Assembly (NCBI RefSeq): GCF_964204645.1
Contig: NW_027437434.1
Span: 1-64,000 of the forward strand
Source: Tubulanus polymorphus
Taxonomy: Eukaryota; Animalia; Nemertea
Length of the DNA: 64,000 nt
Reading direction: 5' to 3'
The position numbers were made by a program, and so were the translations under genes. Below, piece after piece: positions 50,595-63,609 of the stretch. Below the pieces are notes generated by a model. The model made no database searches and was not told where the DNA came from. It saw only the letters and a list, made by a program, of their open reading frames with translations. The stretch's first letter is position 1; each line of letters begins with the position of its first letter.

Positions 50595-53392
50595 TTTTTG
50601 GTTTACCTGTTGTCAGCAGTATGAGGTTGGCATTGAACCAATTCATGTAAAATCGGGGTACGTTTTTTTAAGTGAGCAATTTTTAGGACGACGGTACGTA
50701 GTACACGTCGTCCTATTGTTATCGTGAAATCCGTCACGTCAAACGATTACGTCTGTTTAACGCCACGTACGCGTCTGAAACTTTCACAGTAGCTTAAATA
50801 TGAAAAAAGGAAGGTTGAGGGCGTATATGGTGAATTTTTGTTGCTTGGTTAATTAAATATTGCCGAAATGAAAAAATTGAAATTCTGAACCCTGTCTAGA
50901 AGTAAAACTGTATTAGTCCGCGCTTAAAATGGTGCCACGCATACATTTTTGAATAAGCACTTTACATAGGCCTATTTCATGATTTAGTTGTTTATTTCCG
51001 TATATAGATATCGGGAGATTTATTTTGTCGTTTATTGCCTGAAATTTCCGTATTTTCTTGGTGTGTGTCAGCGGATTAATTGAATGTTTACGCATTGTTG
51101 ATATGGACTCGGCGAGTACACGTGCTACATCGATTCAACATTAGCTGCTGTTGAATCGATACTCGTACGTCGAGCAACGCTGAAAACTATCTTACTATTA
51201 CTAGTAAAATGATTTATCGTCATTCATTCTTTTGGAATTTCGCGTCAGCGATCCGTTTTTAGAGCCCGATTATGTGTATCTAGTTTGCGGCACAGTGATG
51301 AGATCGCGCGTCGATATCATTAGTTACAGTCCCGTAGGCAATATCGCCTTATATACGTGGTATGTATCAGTAATAGATAATGCGCGTTACGGAGCGCGTA
51401 GGCTACAATCCACACGCTCGTTATATCAAAAAGGTTTTGAATTAGCAGAAGAAATATTATTCACGATAACTTTTACTAGAAAAAATTCCTTTTGTGAAAC
51501 CATTAAAACCTTTAAGTCAGTATCTTAATTTCGTCAGTAACTAGTTTTAATTTTGACTGTAGCCATATTAGTTTCACATTAGTTTCACGTTCAGATATTT
51601 TCACAAATATCCCATCTGATTTTAAAAGCTTTAACCACCAACGATTAGGTAACTTCTCGTCAGTAACCGGCCTACACCCTCATCGTAGTTTTGTATCATT
51701 CTCCTTGATCTATCAAACATTTTTCAGGTCAAAGATTCCCATAATCAATCTTTAAGATATCTTGTTAGAATTCTAATGAGACTGCTGGTAGATATTCGTT
51801 CTGTTCCACTTGGTAGATCGTTTGATTAGCTCCAGGGCGTAAGGGTTCAGTTAGCAGTTGCCTTTGGTTCAGTCTGTGAACAGCTTCAAATAACTGTGTT
51901 AACAGATGGATGTGAAGCTTGTACCCCATGGACTGCATGGTCATTGGCCAATGTCATGGGTTCTTGGCGATTGTGCCAAGAGCAGGCTGTATCCTGTGGT
52001 CATGGTAAGTATAACTTTGATTAAACATGCACCGATGGCTAAAATGATACCTTCGTTTCTCAACCCCTCTAATTGTATGTAAGGCAATATCAATCCATAC
52101 CGACAACAATTTTATTGATCGAGCTTACAATATTTCGAGCCTCGGGACCTTTTTCCCTCTGGTTTTCAAACTTACAGGGATGCTAACTGCTCCGTTTTGC
52201 CTTTAATCTCTGTAATACCTTAAACTTGCATTAAATGTTCAACTCTTTGTCTAACAGTGGAACTTCGTTTGGACCTTACTTGCGAAAAGCACTACAGTGT
52301 GTAAGCCTTAGCAACCAGTCTATTCATCCTGAGTTCCACTTTTAATTTCTATTCTCTGTCGTCGACCTATTAAAAAGTTTCTTTCTAGTTTCATTGGTTC
52401 TCGGGTTAAACGACGTATAATCGATGCAATTGAAGACATGACGAACCTCCGTCGATGACATGGTCAAATTTGTTTCATTTCGACAAAAAACTGTTTTTGG
52501 CGGGAAAATTTTTAGCTCTTGCTTATAAAATTGCAATGACCTTGATTGGGGGCGTCGTCTCTACGAGCAAATGTGATTGGTTGTTTTTGGGATATATGGG
52601 GAATTCCGGCGCTACTAAAATAATAATGGGAAAGCCATTAATGGCGAACGTTTCATTGGACTAGGTGTCGTATATGTGCGAATTTTAAATGCTCATTGCT
52701 GGTGAGAATATAATTATTTCACATATTGCCATAGGTATTGTTTCATTTTAATACCCGGTGATTGTGTTGATTGAGATTGAAGTGAAGCGGACGTTCACTA
52801 CACAAGGCCTCCACGTGCGCGGGATTGTTAAACATTTAGACTGTTGCACACACAAACACACGCTCATACAGACTGCTATATGGTGGTGTTGTAACGCTGC
52901 TTGGCGCGTGCATGTTTGATATGATAACAGGCTGAATAATCGTGGTAGCAGAAGATGAGCGCTGTGTTTTCTGTTTGATAGAATTCGTGATAAATTGTAA
53001 TTTCTTTTGACTTGAAAATACTAAGCAGGCAAACCATAGGTATAGGTCGAGGTCTGAATATTGTAGTGGTAAATTCCAGGATTTAAAACGATCTAATACT
53101 ATGCTCCGGTGTTTTAGCTTCCGCTATTTGAATATTTTTTCATATTGTGAAAGATATTTTAATGAAAATATGAATTAGTTTCCTTGGACGTAGACCATAA
53201 ACAAATGTTTATCTTTGGTCTCATTTGACTACAAAATAATTCTTAAAGAATGAAAAAAAACAATATAAACTTCTAGAACTTTGAAGTCACGAATTTTCAC
53301 GAAGATTTTTCAAGCAATGCCCTTACTCCAAACAACCTCCAGCTTCAGGTATATAACTTCAAGGTAAACCACACTTTGCCCATGGGCAATTT
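50595..53392 (+). mobile_element. HINE-like family H6, copy 2 (with about 1.7 kb of nested insertions)
   Basis: Same termini and body as 1342-2463; interrupted at about 50683-52390. Confidence 0.75.
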
Positions 53393-54768
53393 ATTATATA
53401 TTACTGATACAACATATAAAATTCTCCAATGAGAAATCTACAAAAGAAGAAATAAGATTGACGATGATTTTTCATTTGCTCTGCTGAAAATTGCATGTCG
53501 ATGTGCGGCGTCGTTTGCGGTATTTACTGCAATGCTGTGATGATAGCGCCCTCGTTTTAGTGTGAAGCTCACTAAATTCAACGAAGCCGTTAATCTTTAG
53601 ATCAAGGTTATGCTGTTAATAAAAAAGATTTGTTAGAAATACATGAATAAAAATTAATTATGCATACCCTTGGGATTATCTTGACGAAAAAAACGTAGGT
53701 ATCAGTATGCAGATTAATTTTAAGCAATTCTAATTTAATTCGTATTAAAAACACCATACATGTCGATCAATATTGTGTAGTATATAGTTGAATTTTAACG
53801 TGCGGTTTAACTGCAGCTAACTTGCTACGATCCTGCTTATGCGGACCTCGGCGTCTTGTTTGCACTAATTCTTGACGCTAAGATTTACTGTGTTCTTGCT
53901 GAGGGGTTTTAGCATGGCGGCCCGCCATGCTACGGCACTTTACCGCCATGCAAATAATAGATACACCATGCTTAAAGAAATTCTGTCATGCTTAAGAAAA
54001 TGATCAGGAGTTTATTTACTTATCTGGCTTTCTAAGACGGTCTGGTCACACGCTCAATTTTATTACTGATGCATCAATAATTGTATAAACACATTCTCAT
54101 AGTTTTTTAGTAAAGCGCCTCCATCAAAGTCACCAAAATATTTTGCAAATCGAAATTATTAAACGCTTCCTCTAAGCTGATAAAATTGAATTATATTAAC
54201 AGATTTGAGAACATGGAACTATATTATGCACATAAGCCTACCAATATACAACAGAAAAGTGCCTCGAACAAACTATCGACGATCTCTGCTAGATGAAAAT
54301 TACCGAATTTAAACTAGTTCATTATGGCCCCCAATTGCTTGGAAAACGTATCTTAGCACCTATGAATATAAAATTTTTCCGGGGGAGTGCCCCCAGATGC
54401 CTTTGCGAGTTGCACATTGCGAGTGATGGATTTTCTTCATGAAAATAACCAGTAATGCCTGCATCACATTACGCAAACTGGGCCATTCGAAGACGCTGTA
54501 CTCTCTTAGTTAGTTAGTACATGCTAGATACAGTAGTCCTGTGTACACACGGTGAGATAAGCGATGGCATCCTGCCTCTAGTAAATATGGACTGACTCAA
54601 AATGACAGTTGAAAAATACCCGGTTTGCCGCGTAGTATTAAAAAGATATAACGAGAAATTTACATCTGTTTTCACTGATACAACTGTCATCTCATTCATC
54701 CACTCACCCGAGTCAATTTGAAACACTGTCATTGACCATATGGTCCTTATGGTCCTCTTGTTTGTTTT

Positions 54769-55805
54769 CATGGGCTTGCATGCTTGCAAGCCCATATTGC
54801 TATCACACAGATTGATAACTTGCTTGGGGAGTCGATTACTTTCGTTAGAACCTTTCTTGGGCTCTGATATTTACACACATTTAATGCAGTAACAAAATCT
54901 AGGTTCCTTTCGTATATTGGCTATAACGGTTGTTGTTTTCATTGTTTTATGATTTTGTTTAATCGTTTTTGTTATTTCAGCAGCGCATACCAACCTTGGT
55001 TGAGCGTGCGTGATCAGGCTTGAAATTGGTATCCATACGCGGCAAAGTGCTGCCGACAATTCAGTTCATTCTTTATTGACATAAAATTTCATAATGAAAC
55101 ATTTACTTTCACGTTTTTAAAAATTTCTTTTAATTTTCTTTTACTTTCATTGGGTGCTTGCGTTAGCAATTGGTAAAATCTCTGTATGAACATTTATATT
55201 TTTCAGTTTAAATATCTAAAACTTAAAAACCGCTTTTCCTTAAAATAAATTCTGAATTGAATTGAAGACTTGTTCCCTGTCACTTCAAAGAGCCAGGGGG
55301 CGGTAGCCTATGGTGGCAATAAACTTCATCGGATGATCGTAGTGGATTGTCATTTGAAGGAAATGTAACTTAATCTTGCTTAATGTCTTTATTATTTTAA
55401 AAAGAAAAATTGTGGCTCTTATTTGTTTTCGTGTTCGCTTCTCTTCACCTGAAGTCACGTTTTTTCTTTCAGCTGTAAATTTTTCTATGCAAAATCATTT
55501 CCACACAATCCGATAATCTAGCAATTATCAACAGATGATAGATTCCGTTAAGATACTGCAATAAAATATTCAAATAACAACTATCTAAACGCTTGCACTA
55601 ATTCGGTCCGGGTCTACAATAAAACCATTCCAATTCCCAGTCCCCGTGTGTAACATTTTATGTAACAATGTAAGACAACACCGATATCTTAGCTCTTTAA
55701 CAAGTAATCAGTTCAAAATTCGCTTAATTCTGCTACAGAAATACAAAACCACCAAGCAAGCTTTCAGTACAACCATGTCAGCAAGCCCATTTTTAGAATT
55801 TCTTT
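54769..55805 (+). repeat. interspersed family A, copy 3
   Basis: Colinear with 21968-23020. Confidence 0.85.
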
Positions 55806-57868
55806 CCTGTTATCAAATACCACTGATGAAACAGATATTGCTTTATTTTTACTTGAATTCATTAGTGAAACTTAAGAGTGTAATGATGCACTGACTACCA
55901 ACGTTGCCTCGATCGGTCTTCAATCAATTACGACATCGATTCAGTTACATTCATTGAAGAATTGTTCTTGATAATTAAATCATCTATGAGTTCCACTTTC
56001 ACAATCACTTACAGATATATCACCCCTTAATGTACCACTATTAAAGGCCCATCACAAATTGATTATTGTTTATTGTTTCCTTTACAACACAGGGATCTTT
56101 AGTTTCAGTTTGAGATTTAAGGGTATGTAGCTTGTCAGGGTGCCTATATCTCTTGCAATATTCTAAGCTTACGTTGCCAATATTTGACAACGGGAAACTA
56201 TATTCGTCTTAAATGTTCATTCTAGAAATATTTCTTAATGCATTTAGGAATGATTGAAATATAACAATAAGAATGAGTGACAATTATGTTTGTTTTCAAC
56301 TAGGTGATGGTGGGTCAGACGTGACTATACATGGCTAAGTACATCTGGGTGTGGTGTACATCCCTGACCTTTAAGTAATTGTAAAGACATAACAATAGTA
56401 TCCATAAAGGGTGTGACCAACTCAACAAAGTGGGGACTGATATCTTAGTGATTTGTTTTTTATCAATTCCTCACAGGGTAATTTCTGATTAATGAAAACT
56501 GGTTAACTGTATCGATTTTGGAAGACATGCTGAAATTGTTCGTTATTTTAGATCGACATTGGTGTCAAGTCATCTTATCTATCATGAAAATCTGCCTGAA
56601 CTCATTTATCCACATAATATATCTATTCCTAGGAAAGTGGCTCAATCTATTTCCTTAGAACCGACCATTTTCAATCAATCAGGCTTGTTGAGGGTTTTAG
56701 ATGTTCATTAGCTATTTATCAGGGTGTGGTCCAAGCATCATCATTGGTGATTAGATTCATTGGGAGGAAAATTACCATCATGCGGGTTGATTAAACATGT
56801 ATGTATAAATCCATTTGATATAATGTCAAATAAGCCGAGGATATAATGCAAATAGTACGTACCTATGAAGGGTGATAAGAACTAGAATTAATGAGAATTA
56901 GATTGATTAATTTTTATAGTTCAAAAATATGTAGTTGATAAATATTCAGTTAGATATCAGAGTTATTTTTCATGGACTTGTCCTATGTACTGGTCTTATA
57001 TCAATCCATTGTCATATGTGACCGGTGCTGGCAAAATCAGTCACTTGTGTCACCTTATCAAAATTGAGTACTATACATATTCTGAAAGCCACAATTGTGT
57101 GGAATTCAATGCAAAAAAAAATTATGTTGATATCTCGAAAACTCACTGAGTTATTAAATTTTGAAGACTAAGTCAGCGGAAAAGGATTCTGAGAAATCGA
57201 GGGTTAAAGTCTCGGTACTTAGAAATATCAATCCACCATAGCAACCAGTATCTTAGAATAGAGATATCGACCCCAAATTTTTACCAGGGGTACGAGACAT
57301 CATCCCCTTCGTTTTTCAAGCAAAAATATAGTTCCTGGATCGGTACTTTTTTAGGATGATAGAAAATGACTAAATTTGAAGAAAAAAATATTTTCGGAAA
57401 AATTAGATTTCACAGTTAATTGAATTTTTCTGAGTAATGTGACTTATTATTGCACTATACCAAATAAATAAGTCATTCTTTATGATTCTAGAGCATATAA
57501 CACTTATTATAAGAAAGTATTTTGAATTTAAAATGAGAGCAGCAGTCCATCCAGGAACTAGATAAAATCGGCAATAAATGAAAATTTTTATCTTCATAAT
57601 ATTCAACTCAATTATTATTTCATTACTAACAACAGCGAAACTGCACAGATCAACCAATTAGAATACAATTATCACATATGCCTGTATAAAGTGTATCTCT
57701 GGAGCTACATATGGAACTTGACAGTGAAAACGGCTGATTACTATCAAGTTTAATTCACTTCGAAACACTGATTTCACAAATCCAGAAAATGGACTATATA
57801 GATTTCTGCCCCCGATTGCTGCAAGATAATCCTATTTGATTCACAATCAAAAGGTATTTAGTATTGAT

Positions 57869-60800
57869 CTACTGATTATTACCACGACCTCGTCCACGAC
57901 CTCGACCACGCCCGCGTTTCGCTGGTGGAGGAGCAAAGTCAGCATCACTGTCAGAATCTGATGGTACCGGCAAGTCACTAGTGGAAGGAACAACTACAGG
58001 TACAGGTAAGTCTTGTGGTGCAGCTGGTAAAGCCTGCGGTAACGGACAAGCTATGTCTCTAGTTTCAACACTGCAGAATTCCCGGATTTTTTGGTACAGG
58101 TACAACTGTCTTTCTGCCGATAATCCAGGTGGAGGAATAATGTCCGGTTTTGTGTTGTGCGGTATCACATTCGGATCGATAGCAAGGGTGAATACTTCTT
58201 CCGCTGAATCCGCATACAACTTTCTAAACACCTTTCCTGGATGATTACTGTCAAATCTGAAAATATAAGAAAGTAAATATTTTGAATAATAGTCCGTTAA
58301 TCAAAAGTTGTATTCTTCTAGGCTGCAAAAACATTATCACTTTACAAAACAGGTATAGGGCAGTGATCTATTTTTCTCAAAATTCTGTCATCTATAATAA
58401 TCATAATTATTATTATTATTTAACCACCGATTGCCATCCAAAGCAGATACCGATATGATACTCTCTTGCTATTAGAATTTGAACCCGCAACCCTGTGTCA
58501 AATTTGATTTTTCATTAGGACTTCGTGTACAGATACCTACCTAAAATTGTGATATTTCTTGAAATTGTTCTTATTCTGGCCACTACAGTTGTCACAGTGC
58601 AGTTCGACATCCAATTCCCCTAAACCGTGGTTATCGAAAAAATGGTCCAAGTAGCTTATGACGCTGTTTGATCCCTTAGATACGCAAACAATCTCGTCAA
58701 TCAAATAATTCACCTACTGTGGTAACCCTTCACACACAATTCCAAATAGCCCACACTTACGTGGTGTCAGGAAATATGTAGTTGGCTCCATTAATGTGAA
58801 GAAGACCTTTCTTTAGGATTTATATTTATATTGGATTTTAATATCGAGACATAACGAACATGAAATGATGAAATGCTGATCTGAAATTAATAACATATAG
58901 AATTTAAACTCTGATCTTAAATAAATTTGCACACTGATCTTTGATTAATTTCCTATTTAAAACATTCATTATCAAATACAATAGAATACAAATTAACTGG
59001 TTAAACTTACATGTTTTTGACCAATATATTCTCCTAAATACTCGTTTAATAGCATGAAATCTAATCTCTAAAAAGAATCGACGTGTCGCTCGTTGTATCT
59101 ACTAAAGTTCTCATCCTAGATTTGGTTGTTACACGTAACTCGTGATGAGGCTCTCTATGAGCTATTCGTACCTCTAACAAAATACATGGGTCCGGGTAGG
59201 TAAGGGTCATTCGGGTAATGAACCTGTTGCGCGAAGTCAAAACTATAATGCATTTTAACATCGCGTGATGCTGGAGGACTGTTCTCCAAATTCTTAAGGC
59301 CAAGGCCTTTGACAACCGTCTTACAGTTTTAAACCATTTTCTGGTACAGACTACGCTCGAGCGTAACTTTTACTAAATGCGCCTCCTGTTTTTTCAGATT
59401 TTCAGATTCTAATTCCTCTGGGATGTTCACACTACGGTATATAGTGGAGTTATTCTGTTGGCACACCCAGCATAAGTCTGTCATTGGGCGGGTCATAACA
59501 ATAAACGGAACTAATGTACGCCACAATCTTCTGAAGGAATGAAGGCTGACTGCTCGATTCTCTGAAAAATAAACATTGAAACCTATCAATTTCTTGATAT
59601 AGAACTCAGTGCAGTTAGTCCGTCACATAACTAAATCTTGATGCCTAAAGTCTGAAATGGGATAAACGTTATGAATTTGATTGCTTCATTTTACACAACG
59701 CCTATAACAGTTGGCAATTTGATCCAACTTCCATAGCACGTCGGGTACATTAAATTAGTTTGTGTTGGCATTGAAACCCGACTTAAGTACAGAATTTCGC
59801 TTGACGTGTAGTTTTTTGAAAAAGATTAAAAATTAATTGGATGCCTGTGATAATCTAAGAAAGCTTACCTGTCGAAATCATAGCTTGTTTATAGTTCCTC
59901 CAAATGCTTGCTTTTGTCATGCTGGAGGGTAGCAACTTAATGTTGAAACGCTTATAACCAGGCACTCTACCAGGCAGGACCATCGAATGCATTTCTGCGA
60001 AGTTCATCAAAAATGTCACATTGCGAGACGTATCATCGTATGTGATAATGTGCTTGTTGTTCTCCCGGTGCCCACCAGACTTTTTGTAACGTGGCGTCAT
60101 ACCATGCTCTTTATAATGCTTGATCAAGGCTGTAAGTTTGTCTTGGCTCATGCTGAAAAGAAAGGGGTTATAATTAATAACCAGTAAATATTTAACCAAA
60201 AACTTAAGTCCCTGAAAACAAAAGCCGTACATTTGAATATTGTCATTGGGCCTATCTCACGTTCTTCATTCAAAGCTACCTACTGTTATCGAGTTCAGAC
60301 GTCAAGGAAACAGCGCGTGCATATAGGGCCTACATCCATCATTGACATGGTTTGTTGTACATGTTGTAAAAATAAGCGGTTTTATTCTTATTAAAAAGAA
60401 TTAAAAAATTAGGCCTACTTACCAGTGAAAAAATTTGAAGGTTTCACGACAACATCGATGACCGAGGACGAAATACCATGTTCTCTGCTGTTTTCATTCT
60501 TTCTGCGTCTTTCGTTTTGAACATGCAGTCAACGAGTCATTACGCATAAATGATCCCAACTTGCCCAGAATCATTAAGTCCTTCTCAAATGCAGTTAACG
60601 CACTCATTGACATTCTGAGATCAAAGATTTCATCTTTATCGAAGGATGAAAAACAAGGCTTTCCATCATTTAGTTTACAGCTATTTTTTGATGAGCTGGA
60701 CACACACGAGAAATTTTCAATTCTGGTTAGTTCTTCTCGAGGATTATTCGCAGTAGCCGGCACATCACGGAGAATCTCAGGAACACCATCCACGACATCC

Positions 60801-61207
60801 GCAGTATCATCTTCAGCAGAAGAGTCTTCGTTGTCACTAACTATCCTCTGATTTGTAGCTGGATAGTGGTCACCAACAGTATCATTATTTACTCGTCGAG
60901 CCGTCAATGTTGGACCTGGCGTAGCCGCAGAACATGACGGTTTTGACAGGACATTAGAATTCGGTGAAACAATAGTGTTATTAACAGGTACGGAGTTATA
61001 AACAGATCTATTTACATCGTTTTCAGTGTCACTTTCTTCATCTGAAGATCCTTCTGACGAAGAGGAAACACACTCATCATCGACATCATTAACAAAATAA
61101 TCCTCCAAAAGTGTCAACCACTGCCTTTCGATTGCCGGTGACTCCAAATTGCACGATCTCAGACTGTTCAACGAATCCGCGACACGTTTTTCCTTCGATA
61201 GTGACAT
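57869..61207 (-). pseudogene. Sola1-type transposase pseudogene, 4 exons (61207-60423, 60152-59869, 59561-58541, 58256-57869)
   Basis: Phase-compatible GT-AG junctions join the ORF fragments; motifs DLCWVCQQN, HYSFDFAQQVHYP, PGPMYF|LTPRKCGLFG, YLIDE, KGSNSVISYLDHFF, DNCSGQNKN; three in-frame stops, one LTR insertion and an apparent internal deletion. Confidence 0.85.
58777..59179. mobile_element. solo LTR (403 bp) inserted in the transposase exon
   Basis: TGTAG...TAACA termini, AAATA duplicated on both sides; removing it plus one AAATA restores CCC ATG TAT TTC CTG (PMYFL) in frame. Confidence 0.8.
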
Positions 61208-62002
61208 TATTATCAACGAATTTAAACAAGAATAAAGGAGAAATCTTTTCAAAACAAGTAGAATGAAATTAACTGTTGCGTTTGTTTACGACGGCAGCCA
61301 TGTTTTTTTGCCCAGTGTGCAATGCGCGATGCGTTGATAAGCCAACCAGCGATCAGCTTACATCACACGCTCGGCTTGCGTAGCAACAAAGGGAATTGTT
61401 TACAGATCTTTCAAGCCCTCTCATTGGCTTTTAATGACGTATTTCGATATTCTTACGCTGATTTTCATTTAGCACTACTTCTGAGCTGTCGATCAATAGC
61501 CGGTTTGTGCCATTCAGACTACTGATTGTAAAAATATTTTAGGTGAAATAGACCGCTAATTTCGATTGTTTTAGAGACTATGTTGATTATGATTGATTCA
61601 ATATCCCTAATTAAAAACGATGTTTGAAGCATTTAAAGTTAAACTTTTTAAAGTATAGCCTAATAGTGAAAACTGAAAATCGATATTTTCAACACTGACT
61701 GCAGTAAATAGCCTATAACGCTTAGTGAATGAATGCGACTTCCGACTGATTTTGCCAGCACCAGTCACATATGTTTGAATCCTAGTGAAAGTTGGTCATA
61801 TACAAGTTATATGAGTTATTCCTACGAGTAAAATGAATTATTAAAAGTTTGACCTTAAAAAATATGGACGTGCCAACACCTATGAAATATGTGAAAATAC
61901 AAGTAAATCAGCTCCAACTTCTACCATCGTTCAAGCATCTATGATAATAGTCACGTTTTGTTACAATTACACAATGGAGAGAAGATATTTCTACGTCATT
62001 CC

Positions 62003-63253
62003 TTTTTTGGTTTACCTTTGTCAGCGATCTGATGTTGGCATTGAGCTAATTCATGTAAAATCGCAGTACGTTTTTTTATGTGAGCATTTGTTTCATTGGT
62101 TCTCGGCTTAAACGATGTATAATCGATGCGATTGAAGACATGGCGAACCTCCGTCGATGACATGGTCAACTGAGTTAAAATTCTACGAAAACTGTTTTGG
62201 CGTGGAAAATTCTCGGCTCTCGCGTATAAAATTGCAATGACCTCGATTGGGAAGCGTCGTCTCTACAAGCGAATTGGATTGGCTGTTTTTGGGATATATG
62301 GGAAATTCCGGCGCTACTAAAATAATTATGGGAAAGCCATAGAACGGCGTACGTTTCATTGGATTAGGTGCCGTATACATGCGTATTTCAAATGCTCATT
62401 GCTGGTGAGGATGTAATTATTTCACACATCCGCCAATGGTCTGTTTGCCGTAACCCAACCGACCTGACTTCAAAGGTACTGAGTGAAAACTTTGAATTTT
62501 TGATAAAAACGGCCGACTGACCCACTGCCGACGTACGAGCTACGTATGTTTGAATTCAAGTGTGGATCATGTGAAAACATGCCTTAACATGTGGCCTAGT
62601 TTAAGTTTTCCGGGAAACTGGCAGTGTTCCAATAAGCTGCCACTCATTTTAATAGCGACTATATTAAAGCTGGTAACGTAAAAGCGCGCATATATTCAAT
62701 GTACTGTTTCATTTTTAACACAGAGATGACGTTCTAGACGAAGTTATAATTTTAGAATAATTCTTGAAATCTATGCTAGTAGACAAATTTCCCGTGCACA
62801 ATGGATATGATTTTTTTGCGATATTGTTTCCATGTAAAAAAGCCCAAAGGTGAAAAATTTGTTTTTTTTACCCAAAAATTTTGCAAAAAAAAAATTTCTA
62901 CCTACCTACCGACTCATCCTGAAAAGTTGAGTCGGTGTTACGGCAAACAGACAATTATTTTGGGATGGCCTTATTTGAATATTTTCTCATATTGTGAAAC
63001 ATATTTTTTTGAAAATAAAATATAGTTTCCCTGCCGTGCCTACCTGTACCCTACAAAATTTTGGACGTGGACCTGAAACAAATGTATATCTTTGGTCTTA
63101 TTTGACTACAAAATAATTCTTCAAGAAAGATAAAATACAATATAAACTTATGGAACTTTGAAGTCACGAATTAAAAAGATTTTTCAAGCAATGCCCTTAT
63201 TCCAAATGACCTCTAGCTTTCAAGGTAAACCACACTTTTGCCCATGGGCAATT
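62003..63253 (+). mobile_element. HINE-like family H6, copy 3 (with nested inverted-repeat element at about 62431-62972)
   Basis: Same termini; nested element carries GTCTGTTTGCCGTAAC / GTTACGGCAAACAGAC inverted repeats. Confidence 0.75.
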
Positions 63254-63609
63254 TATTAAACAATTATACAGGGTATATCATTATTCAAGCAAACTTCTAT
63301 CAAATATTAGGCTAATTAATTAATTGTCTGTTTGCTGAAATGCTGACTCACGGTGAGTCGATAGGTAGGTAGACATTTTTAAGCAGAACTTTAGGGCAAA
63401 ATTATTTTATCACTTTTTTCTACATTGAAAACAATATGACCAATCTGCGTGGTGCACAGGAAATTTGTCTCATTTAAGAATAATTTTACTGTTTTAACTT
63501 CATATGGAGCGTCATCCCTGTGTTCAAAATGAAACAATACATTTGATATAAAATTACTTGGATACAAACTTACTTGGATTTGAAGTGAGCGCTCAAGTCT
63601 GTCACTGTC

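Larger units (their letters stand above)
57018..61768 (-). mobile_element. Sola1-type DNA transposon, full length (about 4.75 kb), inactive
   Basis: About 25-bp TIRs GTGAC(C/T)GGTGCTGGCAAAATCAGTC at both ends, flanked by ATAT on both sides (AWWT target typical of Sola1); internal transposase motifs SFDFAQQV and HCDNCSGQNKN. Confidence 0.85.
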
